Source: Balanoglossus misakiensis (taxonomy: Eukaryota; Animalia; Hemichordata). From it: a stretch of DNA of 64,000 nt. Under the pieces are notes generated by a model. That model saw only the letters and a program-made list of their open reading frames with translations. It made no database searches and was not told where the DNA came from. The stretch lies in assembly GCA_040954595.2 (NCBI GenBank), contig CM082584.2, positions 4,406,110 through 4,470,109 on the forward strand, given 5' to 3'. The translations under genes and the position numbers were made by a program. This document shows, piece by piece, positions 13,401 to 26,256 of the stretch; position 1 is the first letter of the stretch, and every line of letters begins with the position of its first letter.

Positions 13401-16400
13401 AATTAGCTGTTTCCATGGTGCACTTTAAAAACAAAACAAAACAAAACAAAACAAAACAAAACATCACTCATATCTTTATTTTAAAATTTCACTCAACAAG
13501 ATTTCTTTGTTTCCCATTTTAGTAAAAACACTTCTGTTCTTTTTTCCGGACAATGCTTTTCAATTGGAAACGTCGTATCACGATCGACGCTGTTATCAGA
13601 AAAGAAAACAATAGGAGCAACTTTGTACCCGGTACACCTATATTCCTTTGTGTAAATTAGCTGTTTCCATGGTGCACTTTAAAAACAAAACAAAACAAAA
13701 CAAAACAAAACATCACTCATATCTTTATTTTAAAATTTCACTCAACAAGATTTCTTTGTTTCCCATTTTAGTAAAAACACTTCTGTTCTTTTTTCCGGAC
13801 AATGCTTTTCAATTGGAAACGTCGTATCACGATCGACGCTGTTATCAGAAAAGAAAACAATAGGAGCAACTTTGTACCCGGCACACCTATATTCCTTTGT
13901 GTAAATTAGCTGTTTCCATGGTGCACTTTAAAAACAGAACACACCATTGGTTCGAAATATAGTTATACACATTATATCACAATTTGGGATGCAAAATGAA
14001 AAAAAAAATATGAGAGTTCATCATTTTGATTTGTTATTCCATAAATTTGAACACTATCAATCTTTATATATCGCCGTACCGTGTGCAGCGTCAATTTCTC
14101 ATGTACATTGTATATTGTTACAACGTTGGCGACTGTTGTGTTTGAAGACGTCAATTTGTCTTTAACGTTACCATTTGAGAAAAATCCGACAGGGCAGTAA
14201 AATTCCATGACAAAATTTCAAAAACGGGTATACCCCTAATGAACCCCTTGGTTTGAAAAACGATTGATTTCCCATTTTTCTTATGTACCTTCATAATGCA
14301 ATAGTCAACATTGGCAATGCCTTGGATATCTTCTGAAATTCAGTGTCTTGCAGCATTTTTATCCAGTAATATAATTTATATCGGCGCATTTTGATTACCA
14401 CCCGAAATCCCATCGTCCGCTCACACGGGTTGTTGCAAGACATTGGCGGGCGAAGATGTTTCACGTTTCCGAATTGATAAAATAAATTTAAACTTGGACT
14501 CTGTCTCGGTTGTTGCATTGTCTTCGTTCACGTTTTTGTCATGAAAAGCGATCATAAATTACCAAACTGTTGAAAAATGCGCAGCAAACTAGACTGGGAC
14601 TTATAAAACTTACCTGCAGTATGTCGACGTCGTCTTAGTACAAGTCAAATGAGACTTTGTTAACAATAGCACACGTTTTATGTACTAGTATCAGTGAGCA
14701 ATAAATTATCTACGAACAATATGTATATTAATTATTATGTCACATACCCGATTGGTTACTCCGAAGGATCAACCATTTTATGTAGGGTATCCAAGATCGT
14801 TTTTATAGCCCTTTATTAGGAGGAAGTTGATGTAATTATATGTAAGTTTTTGTGGAGTTGACATTTAGAAAAGAGTTGTAAGTACAGGTTTTGAATTTCA
14901 CCTGATATAAGATTAAATCAATTAAACGCGAAAGGTTAGTAATACTATAGACTAAAATCCAGCTAAATTTGAAAACTTGCCATCCGTTGGTCCGGATTGG
15001 GGGTTGTCGTATTCAAATTAAGGCAGTCGATTCCATGGCTACATGTACAAACAAATTAAACAGAAATTCCATGGAAACCATGTACACTACGTGCCTACAG
15101 ATTGTACGCCAAGGTTTTAAATGACTGGTGCCAGGCTAGTAACAATATGGATGTAAACAAAAACGAGGCAGTATGTGAAGTCGGTTTTATTTAGACCGTT
15201 AAATCAGACCGGGTCGCGTTTCACAGCTTAGACACCATGTCATATGCCTTGCTCCATGTTAATCAAACAAGTAATAAAAAAATCGGGCGCAAAGGCCAAG
15301 TAGCCGACAAAATATGCAAATGATATGAAAGCTTCTATGATGATGATGGGGTGGGGGGGGGGGGGCTAGTGGGAGTTGGAGTGGGAACTGCACGGGGCCC
15401 TGCCTGTTTGTAGTTAGTTGCAAAGTTACATTTCTGTTCTTTGTTCCTGACTATGCTTTTCAATTGGAAACGTCGTATCACGATCGACGCTGTTATCAGA
15501 AAAGAAAACAATAGGAGCAACTTTGTACCCGGCACACCTATATTCCTTTGTGTAAATTAGCTGTTTCCATGGTGCACTTTAAAAACAGAACACACCATTG
15601 GTTCGAAATATAGTTAGACACATTATATCACAATTTGGGATGCAAAATGAAAAAAAATATATGAGAGTTCTTCATTTTGATTTGTTATTCCATAAATTTG
15701 AACACTATCAATCTTTATATATCGCCGTACCGTGTGCAGCGTCAATTTCTCATGTACATTGCATATTGTTACAACGTTGGCGACTGTTGTGTTTGATTAC
15801 CACCCGAAATTTTGATAACCACCCGAAATCCCATCGTCCGCTCACAAGGGTTGTTGCAAGACATTGGCGGGCGAAGATGTTTCACGTTTCCGAATTGATA
15901 AAATAAATTTAAACTTGGACTCTGTCTCGGTTGTTGCATTGTCTTCGTTCACGTTTTTGTCATGAAAAGCGATCATAAATTACCAAACTGTTGAAAAATG
16001 CGCAGCAAACTAGACTGGGACTTATAAAACTTACCTGCAGTATGTCGACGTCGTCTTAGTACAAGTCAAATGAGACTTTGTTAACAATAGCACACGTTTT
16101 ATGTACTAGTATCAGTGAGCAATAAATTATCTACGAACAATATGTATATTAATTATTATGTCACATACCCGATTGGTTACTCCGAAGGATCAACCATTTT
16201 ATGTAGGGTATCCAAGATCGTTTTTATAGCCCTTTATTAGGAGGAAGTTGATGTAATTATATGTAAGTTTTTGTGGAGTTGACATTTAGAAAAGAGTTGT
16301 AAGTACAGGTTTTGAATTTCACCTGATATAAGATTAAATCAATTAAACGTGAAAGGTTAGTAATACTATAGACTAAAATCCAGCTAAATTTGAAAACTTG

Positions 16401-18488
16401 CCATCCGTTGGTCCGGATTGGGGGTTGTCGTATTCAAATTAAGGCAGTCGATTCCATGGCTACATTTACAAACAAATTAAACAGAAATTCCATGGAAACC
16501 ATGTACACTACGTGCCTACAGATTGTACGCCAAGGTTTTAAATGACTGGTGCCAGGCTAGTAACAATATGGATGTAAACAAAAACGAGGCAGTATGTGAA
16601 GTCAGTTTTATTTAGACCGTTAAATTAGACCGGGTCGCGTTTCACAGCTTAGACACCATGTCATATGCCTTGCTCCATGTTAATCAAACAAGTAATTAAA
16701 AAATCGGGCGCAAAGGCCAAGTAGCCGACAAAATATGCAAATGATATGAAAGCTTCTATGATGATGATGGGGTGGGGGGGGGGCTAGTGGGAGTTGGAGT
16801 GGGAACTGCACGGGGCCCTGCCTGTTTGTAGTTAGTTGCTAAGTTACATTTCTGTTCTTTGTTCCTGACTATGCTTTTCAATTGGAAACGTCGTATCACG
16901 ATCGACGCTGTTATCAGAAAAGAAAACAATAGGAGCAACTTTGTACCCGGCACACCTATATTCCTTTGTGTAAATTAGCTGTTTCCATGGTGCACTTTAA
17001 AAACAGAACACACCATTGGTTCGAAATATAGTTATACACATTATATCACAATTTGGGATGCAAAATGAAAAAAAAAATATGAGAGTTCATCATTTTGATT
17101 TGTTATTCCATAAATTTGAACACTATCAATCTTTATATATCGCCGTACCGTGTGCGGCGTCAATTTCTCATGTACATTGTATATTGTTACAACGTTGGCG
17201 ACTGTTGTGTTTGAAGACGTCAATTTGTCTTTAACGTTACCATTTGAGAAAAATCCGACAGGGCAGTAAAATTCCATGACAAAATTTCAAAAACGGGTAT
17301 ACCCCTAATGAACCCCTTGGTTTGAAAAACGATTGATTTCCCATTTTTCTTATGTACCTTCATAATGCAATAGTCAACATTGGCAATGCCTTGGATATCT
17401 TCTGAAATTCAGTGTCTTGCAGCATTTTTATCCAGTAATATAATTTATATCGGCGCATTTTGATTACCACCCGAAATCCCATCGTCCGCTCACAAGGGTT
17501 GTTGCAAGACATTGGCGGGCGAAGATGTTTCACGTTTCCGAATTGATAAAATAAATTTAAACTTGGACTCTGTCTCGGTTGTTGCATTGTCTTCGTTCAC
17601 GTTTTTGTCATGAAAAGCGATCATAAATTACCAAACTGTTGAAAAATGCTCAGCAAACTAGACTGGGACTTATAAAACTTACCTGCAGTATGTCGACGTC
17701 GTCTTAGTACAAGTCAAATGAGACTTTGTTAACAATAGCACACGTTTTATGTACTAGTATCAGTGAGCAATAAATTATCTACGAACAATATGTATATTAA
17801 TTATTATGTCACATACCCGATTGGTTACTCCGAAGGATCAACCATTTTATGTAGGGTATCCAAGATCGTTTTTATAGCCCTTTATTAGGAGGAAGTTGAT
17901 GTAATTATATGTAAGTTTTTGTGGACTTGACATTTAGAAAAGAGTTGTAAGTACAGGTTTTGAATTTCACCTGATATAAGATTAAATCAATTAAACGTGA
18001 AAGGTTAGTAATACTATAGACTAAAATCCAGCTAAATTTGAAAACTTGCCATCCGTTGGTCCGGATTGGGGGTTGTCGTATTCAAATTAAGGCAGTCGAT
18101 TCCATGGCTACATGTACAAACAAAGTAAACAGAAATTCCATGGAAACCATGTACACTACGTGCCTACAGATTGTACGCCAAGGTTTTAAATGACTGGTGC
18201 CAGGCTAGTAACAATATGGATGTAAACAAAAACGAGGCAGTATGTGAAGTCAGTTTTATTTAGACCGTTAAATTAGACCGGGTCGCGTTTCACAGCTTAG
18301 ACACCATGTCATATGCCTTGCTCCATGTTAATCAAACAAGTAATAAAAAAATCGGGCGCAAAGGCCAAGTAGCCGACAAAATATGCAAATGATATGAAAG
18401 CTTCTATGATGATGATGGGGTGGGGAGCTAGTGGGAGTTGGAGTGGGAACTGCACGGTGCCCTGTGTGTAGTTAGTTGCAAAGTTACA
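7498..18488. repeat. Higher-order array: six copies of a ~1.5-kb unit (starts ~7498, 9641, 11781, 13934, 15585, 17003) separated by ~2.6 or ~0.6 satellite monomers
   Basis: The unit runs from aacagaacacaccattgg to gttgcaaagttaca and recurs at ~2140-bp spacing, shorter for later units. A single-copy homologue is at ~37390-39270. Confidence 0.96.
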
Positions 18489-18535
18489 CTAACTTGCAAC
18501 TACGATGTACAATGTACATGTATGCGGACAAATCC

Positions 18536-21440
18536 CTAGCACATTCTTTTAGCTTCAGGGCTGTACTGTACATCGACCAGGTCGGCATGCTGTGCGTGGA
18601 GACAAGGTTGCGACGAATACCCGTTCATTGTGATTTTGCCCACGCTTCTGGCGTCGGCCGGGCTTCCAATGTTCATTTTCAACGCATGGGGGGGGGGGGG
18701 GTGATATCGCGTTTCTTTGTCGGAGCATGCGTCATTGTAGTAATGGCACATGTTGTTAATCCCGTTTTCTGGTAGTATATAGCCGTACACGTCAACCACT
18801 TTACATAACGGTAGCATTAGTTGCACGCCTGTGGGTAAACATTTACATACATCATGAGGCTGATTTCTCCAGTATAATAGGTCATGTTAGGTCAGTTGGT
18901 CAGTAGTTCAGAGGTCACGAGATCCCACCGCCGGCAATTAAGCAATAAAACACCCCCAGCCATGGTATACCACTCGATTTTGACCAGTTCACGACATATA
19001 CGCACAAGCGATAGCGAGTGCATATATGGAGTTGAACTGGTCAAAATCGAGTGGTATACCATGGCTGGGGGTGTTTAATATATTATACCAGTATATTGAA
19101 ACTTTGCATAAAACAATTTTGAAAAGGCATTTTCTTTGACTATGAGTTTGGCGTGATATATGACTGTGGTATATGACGAATATATCATAGTCACGTGTCG
19201 TGTCTCAGCCAATAAAATAGCGTGATTTACACCATCAATATACTGGTATAATATAATATTCGATAACAGCGACGATAGCGAGAGACTTCTAAACGCTTTG
19301 CTCTTCTGACGATACTAGTGAAGAATGACAAAATGACGTGCCGAAATTAAGACTAATCACCACGTTTTGGCGATCGCAATGCCGGGTCGCGAAGCTCAGC
19401 TCTATCGTTCATCGAGTCCAATGTTTACAAGCATAAAGTAGTTCCCGTGTATAGGCCGATGCACTCATAGTGATGACCAGGTGATTAGTTTACAACGTGC
19501 CGTAAAGAAACTGTTATGAGAAAACTATCGGTATATGTGATACATGAATGTGGTTTTTATTAACATTGAATGGAATGGCAAAGGGAATATAAAATGAAGC
19601 AAAGTTTTTATTTTAACACGTTTTCAACAGGGACTATTTTATCTCATTTGCATACCTCTCGCAAAAAATGCCGGTTTCATTTTACTGGCAACAACGCCAG
19701 TTGTTTGGTACTGTGGATGTACAAACTCATTTCCGTAATGCGGCTGTAGAACAAGGCAAATGGTCAATCTCGGGTTAATTTTGACAAACGCATTTTACAC
19801 GTTCGTTAGGCTATATACATCTAAGGCGTAGATTTAATATCGTCAACCTTTGCTTTTGATGATGTGCTCTTTATTAGGAAGCCAACCACGTGTGTCACGT
19901 GCTTTCCAAAAAGAGGTGAAGCGAAATAAAATTCCTCACCAACGAATCCCGATGAAGGTGTGTGTCCAATAATTGGCCTTTCACAGTATTCCTGAATAAC
20001 GTCCCAGCCTCGCCAGAGTGATGTCGGATTGATGACGTACATAGTCTTGTCAGGGTGATTCAACCTCCAAGAGATGTACCCCTTCAGAAATTGCAAGCTG
20101 TCCCTGGCCCACTGACAAATTGAAAAGACGGAGATAAAGAAACATAAAACTATAGTCATTGGATTCCACTATTGACAGGTTCTTAGCATACAAAAATAAC
20201 ATTCATGATAATTTGGACTGTGCTCAGGTTTCATGTATGAAAATTGCTTACTTTAGCAGCGAGGTTTTAATCATATTATGAGACAAAAGTCGTCTCACAA
20301 CAAAACTGTTCCTATTTCCTCTCAATTAACGTTTCAATATTACCATCCAATATATTTAGCTTGACGACACAATAATTAATCGGTAACAGTAACGAACATC
20401 ACCATAAAACGTTACTTTCGTGGCATGGAGGAACACTGCCACGTAGAATGGAAACCCATGGGCGTACTTCAATATATATTTGGTTGGGATGTCCGCACTA
20501 TCTGGCTGAAACTTTACCCGTACACAGCTATGTCTTTATTAAACGTTTGTGGATGTTTGTGGCTGGTACGCAGTTCCTTCTGTCATCCACCAATTTATTT
20601 ATTTATTTACACATTAAAGGATTTCCTATTTACATACTCAAATAGGGGTAGAGACCCCTGTAAGGGTGTAATCTACCATGGGGTCCTACTAAAAAGTATA
20701 AAAATAAAAATTTAAAACAGAAAAATACACCCATGCGCCCATCCTATCCAACCCATTTCAACCATCGCACTAACCATCCACATAATGCCACACTAACTGA
20801 TTTTTACTTAATAATTACCCACCCTATTACGCTTACCGATTTCGGATCCAAAATTAGAATTTTTCAAACTGCGGCCACTTCCAACCACTGCGCACGTATC
20901 ATATTTGGGGACCGATCCAAGGAGATCGGCGACGGGGAAAAACTGCGCCAGGCCGAGTTCTCGTAGTGGGCTGGTATGTTGATCCAGAACACTGATGAAC
21001 GCCTTTGTCTGCATCGTACATAGGACATCGGCTGCGTTTTCAGTTCTGTTTGTGTGCACCCGGCAACCGGTGCGGTTTTGGGACTGTGGATATTTTTCAA
21101 GAGATTTGTTGAACATGTTCTCATAGTGCTCCAGGTACGACCTTATTATCTGGTTCGGGTTGTTCAGTGCTGTATCGAGGTTCTTGATGATGGTGGCCTG
21201 CCTGCCGGGTATAAACGCAGCTGAGACGACTTCGCTGACCAAACCTTGGGATTTGCGCATATGAGAATGTTTGTTGAGACTCTGTCCAACAGACGGCTGC
21301 GCACACTTGTCCGATATACTCCTTTCAGAATGATCTGTCATCGCAAAAATCAAGACGTAGCCCAGGCAAACTAGAAATCCAAGTCGTTCCAGAGTGGCAC
21401 GTCTAGTTCTGAATGTCCGCCGAGTTGATATGTTCGGCAT
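18536..21440 (-). pseudogene. ST6Gal-like sialyltransferase (GT29), copy 1: exons 21440-20837, 20111-19940, 18828-18536; exon 2 missing
   Basis: Type II anchor (LGFLVCLGYVLIFAM), start of sialylmotif L (CAVVGSGRSLKNSNFGSEI), motif S (PSSGFVGVQLMLPLCKVVDVYGY) and CHYY. Splice sites are GT-AG. The exon carrying the second half of motif L is absent, leaving a phase 1 to phase 0 mismatch. Confidence 0.88.
18938..19252. mobile_element. Double-hairpin non-autonomous element (family A), in ST6Gal intron
   Basis: Palindrome aaacacccccagccatggtataccac...gtggtataccatggctgggggtgttt followed by IR attataccagtatattg...caatatactggtataat. Four copies in the window. Confidence 0.8.
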
Positions 21441-22222
21441 AGCGAGGCAAAGCCTTAGCCTATATGGCAACGTTGCTGGAACTGTGTTGGCAATGTGACT
21501 GATTCTAGCAAATCACAACACAGCATGAGCATGGGGTGTGTTATAATGTACTTTACTAGTAGTAAGCTTCCATTAATGACTCAAACTGTAGCTACCCGTT
21601 AGTATTAAAACTCACTAACTGGTTGGTCAGGCTTTAGTGTTGTTGACACTATTTTAGCAAATATGAAGGAGATGGCATTTTGTTTTTTGTGGCTTTTGCC
21701 TTTTGAATTTCTGTGATTTTCGGTATTTTTGTGATTTGTCTGGGCACAGAAATTGTATGTATGACTGTTAGTTTTTCCGTGGGTACCCAACCTTTTGTGA
21801 CTGCACACAGCCTTGAAATGTGCAACACAACGTTTGAACATGTAGAATAGGTAGTGTTATAAACTGGCCTCTGGTGGGCCCATATTGACTAGCGGATGTG
21901 CTGTTGCAAGGGTATGAGCCATTCCACTTCTGACATGGGTAAAAGTTGGGCTGTTGAAATGTTTACAGAAAACCATACATGCAAGTACATGCTATGTAAT
22001 TTTCATTCCAATGTATTGCCAGAAAATAAAAAAAACCTCAATTTTACAATTAAACTCAGACAATTGTTTGATGGTGGTAACAATATCAGCAATAATCATG
22101 TCCTACAGTGTGTTGATATCAACTCCATGTTGACAGCAGACAGTGTGGGCTGTACATTTGTAGATTCATCAGTTTGAAATTCCATCATAAATGTCATCAT
22201 GGCATTTATAGTTAAGCTTTGA

Positions 22223-22520
22223 TTTTTTAGGTCCCATTTGTATAGGTATATATACCATGGGACCTTATGGGATCGGTTGCATATGTATGTATGTATGGAT
22301 GGATGGATGTATGTCTGTATATCCGTCCACATCAAAAACTTGAAAACCGCTGCGCGTATCACCTCAATATTTGGTGTGTAGGTGCAGGCAGGGCTGTAGA
22401 TGGGAGTTTGTTCAAATGAAGGTGTCATTGCCAAAAATTTGTAAATTAGCTGGAAAAATGTGAATTTGAGCAAAACTCAGTAACTCAAGAACTACTGGTC
22501 AGATTGCTTTGCAAAGTGGT
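22223..22520 (+). mobile_element. Helentron-associated (HINE/DINE-like) non-autonomous element fragment
   Basis: T-run, short IR aggtcccat...atgggacct, then a (GTAT)n(GGAT)n microsatellite, which is the typical HINE layout. Boundaries are approximate. Confidence 0.5.
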
Positions 22521-22659
22521 GTGTATTTACTTTATTGGGTTGTTTTAATTAGGCAAGAACTCCCCTCTGTGATTCATATAAACACAGCAAATTCCTGAAT
22601 GATTACGTAACTGGCTAAGTTTTAAAGAGGCCAGCGGTTCTATTTAGTGTATGTACAGT

Positions 22660-22820
22660 ACATATGCCATTGGCAGCTTATGGGTCAGTCAGTGTTTGCC
22701 CATTGATCTCTCGCTATGTGTGTGTGTGTCTGTCTGTCTGTAAATGGCTAGTACTCCGGTGTAGACTTTTTCTTGTGTAATCCCTCAATGGGACCACCGT
22801 GTCCTTGACGCGATTTTTTT
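22660..22820 (+). mobile_element. HINE-like repeat fragment related to ~51850-52225
   Basis: (GT)n(GTCT)n tract and a shared 3' end aatcc..tca.atgggaccac.gt.tccttgacgc.atttt. Confidence 0.45.
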
Positions 22821-25793
22821 ATCTCTGGTCTGCAAAGGTCACAGAATCAGCATGACCTGACTGTATAGCGCCCTCTATCGCCATTGCAAATTCTCTTGTT
22901 TTTCTTGCGGCAAATAAGTGGTGTACTATTCTCAAAATGAGCATACAGTAATGGTGTTTATTTGAATGTTACCATGATCTGAAATAAACTGCACTGTTGC
23001 AACAACTGGTGCAGGAAGTGGATTTTCTGCCTGTGACTTTCATTTCTTGGTTTTCTGAAATTAAACAAAAATAGGGTGCAACAGCCTGTAACCCCAATTA
23101 GGACAATGATGACATACAAATGTAAATAGATGCGGTGCATTTAATCAAGACAACTCACAAACCAAGTGGCACTCTCAGTACAATATTTTTGCACCCATTT
23201 TCCTTATTTTTAATGTTTCTCTTTGTACTTATGTGATCAAACGTCTTCTCGTGTAAAGAGTATTTTTGTTGATCAGCTTAGTCTGCAAATAAAATAGTAT
23301 TTGTCTCAAACAGTACATTATGTCATGTCATGTTATGTTTGTGATGGTGTACTGTGCTGCACTTTATTGTGCTACCATGTTGAGTTGAAAATGTACTTTG
23401 TACAAGAAGTTATCTGTGCCCATGCATAGCCACAATTTTGAAGTCAGGGTACACCAGACATCACATGCTTGGACACTCTTAAACAAAGGGAAACTCTCTG
23501 ACAAAATAAATACTAAAGAACTGTGCTTCTGATAACATGGTTTGAATAGTTAGGCTAAATGGGCAGCTAAAAATTGTGTTTTTAGAATGTGAGTCTTACT
23601 GTAACTGTTATAAGGCCATTCATAACACTTCATATTAAGGTGGTTATGTCATTGTTCTACATTTCTCTCTCTCTCTAGCTAGGTCATCCTTAAACATATC
23701 ACAATATTATTGTATTTTTGTGCTAATTCTCCAAATGTGGCTTAGAAAATTTCAAGGTCGGCCTGAAAAAATTAGGACAGACTTGCCTTGTGTACACTGG
23801 TATCCAGGCCAACCATATTGTACATCACCAACTTAGACTGTCGACAGCAACTTGTGCTGTTTCGACCTTTGTTATGCATACTATATAACTGTGAAGTTAT
23901 TTTTATACATGTACAGCTGCCACAGGCTTGCACCTTTGCTCTCAACATCCCGCTTATGCTGTGTAAATCATCTATTCTGATGATATAGTGCCTGCGTTGC
24001 AAATTTATTAGACAAAGTAGGCGTGAGCGACTGCTGACAGTCTACAAAACCTGTGCATGACCATGCATTATATTTACCTGCTACGACACCAGTTTCTGCA
24101 TGTATAACCGATCCCACGCCAGACACACCAACTTGCTTGGATGCCTCTTCACATTGAATTCTCTCCTGGCATCCCGGTCTCACTCATAGCCATAATTTAT
24201 AGCTGTTAGAAACATAGTGATTGAAATGCAATCACAGCTGGTCTCTGACAAGAACAATTGAATGCTGCCATGGACAGTTGATTTAAATGTTTAGTGGTAA
24301 AACTCGTCAAATAGAGGAATGGACATGTGAACGAAATTAAGACTTGTTCATTTCTTCTCTCTTCGGGAGTAACAGAGCAACATGTGAAAAGACTACCAAC
24401 TGATATGGCCTGAGTAATTTGGCCGCCACGCATCTTCTCATCTGAATTTGTGTGCTCCAAGTTGACCCCTTCATTCCTACATCCGTTAACATGGTATCAA
24501 CCTGACATTTAGACAGTCAGATGATGCCAAATGGCGGTTGTGAAAGAGATAAAAAAGGGCTGGGTGGACTGAAGTTCATCGTGACACGCATTGTTTCCAG
24601 GGGCGTGGTAGGAGCAACCTTTGCAATGCGTTCATAAACCAGGCGTGGAAAATTCTTTGATGTCTCTGAAGCCACCTTTCAACGAACAGACTCTGTCATC
24701 GCCATGCTACCTTCCTAGAGCACTTACCAGGAGAGACTGTTTCAGTCAATTTTGACTCTTCGGTAACTATTTGTATGGAGGCTGATTAAATTGGTGCGGC
24801 ACCGGTTAAATATAAATAACATGTTCAAATTGCAACATACAGCCATAATCGGGCGTCGATGAGATGTTCATGTATATCTATCAGTAAGTTTATTTCAATG
24901 TATCAATCAAGTTGGAAAATAAAATCATGAAAATAATGCAGAAATAGAGGCTTTAAAGTCAAACTTGAATACTTTTATTAGCAACAACGGTACATACATG
25001 AGCTTCGCTCAGAAAACAGATAATAACGAAAATTAATCATTTATATATTCAGTGGATTTCAGAATTGCTGTTTGAGTTTGTTATCAATGTCAAGGTCACA
25101 CGATGAGTGAAAGTTGGGATTTTTAACATATCATACATTGTGGTAGGCCTACGTGCTCAAATTCGATATGAAACAATTTCCTAAGACAGAACATTCGCCC
25201 CTATATATATAGTTGTGGGTTCTCAATAATTCAGGTGTTTATTTCTATGGCAACGGTTTTCACCAATACTAAGCTACATGAGATTTTTTTAAATTGAGAT
25301 TTTCTGCTTTCAAAAAATATAAGGGTGACTTTGCCCCACTTGCCTCAAATGGTACGACCTGACCATATTTGTGGTCTGGCTCATATGGTACATGAATAAC
25401 TGAAAACACACAGATGGTTGCCTTGGTAATTACCCATTACCAACAACATCCCTGATAAAAACATAATAATCTTCAAAGAGCAAACATATCAGGCTATTAT
25501 GAAACAAGTGTCTGTCTTGAAATCATATAAATATCTTTTGCCGTTCACTAGATAATCAGTTTTATACAGTGTTGTAAATTTTTAAGATTTACAGTATGGT
25601 TGCTATGACAACAACATTTTAGACAGACGGCTACTTCTGCGACATGTCCACCAAAGATTGTCAGAAAGTTCAGATTTTGAGCTTTCAAAAAATGTATGGA
25701 GGACTTTGCCGACCAAAATTTACTAATTGTCCAATTTTAGGGGTCTGGCTTGGCGCTAGAATTCTATAATTTGCTCAGTAAATAATTCTTTAA

Positions 25794-26227
25794 GGATGAA
25801 AGCGCAGAACATAAACTGAAAAACTGCGCACACTCGTCATTTTCCATAGGATTACATTGAGAATAGCTAGAAAACTCACTTCTTCTATAATTGTCATTTT
25901 CAAGAAATGTTACACAAAGCTCAGTCAAATGATAATAAATTCATTTATCAAATAAAATCGTATGGTCACCGCGCTCTATTTTGAAATAAACCTCGTTAAA
26001 TATTTTGCCCATAGACAAACCATTCGTGAAAACTGCAGACTCAGCATTTTCTTCTGATCAATTATCGACTAAATTCACGCCCTTGTATTTCGAAAACAAG
26101 TGCGGTAACAAACCCCTATATTTTATTACGGATTTTCATTATACAGACAAATGAGAAACCAAAAATCCACAATTGAAAGAAATGACTCACAGTACAATGT
26201 ACTTTCAATTTTACTGATCGTACATCC
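25794..26227. mobile_element. Kolobok-like MITE (family L), 30 bp downstream of the ART stop
   Basis: ttaa|ggatg...catcc|ttat termini. An inverted related copy is at 62610-62946. Confidence 0.7.
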
Positions 26228-26256
26228 TTATACACGTCAAATGAATATCCTCATTT

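Noticed and set aside
1-18488. CRISPR-like or msDNA-like array
   Set aside because: Units are wholly repeated with no unique spacers, there are no cas or RT genes, and the context is eukaryotic.
18884-19078. Recurrent ORF PPAMVYH..WYTMAGG (also 34776-35223, 39666-39922, 42821-43187)
   Set aside because: Read-through of palindromic element A, giving the same peptide on both strands.
21500-25790. Short ORFs between ST6Gal copy 1 and the ART gene
   Set aside because: No recognisable domains or consistent splice structure.
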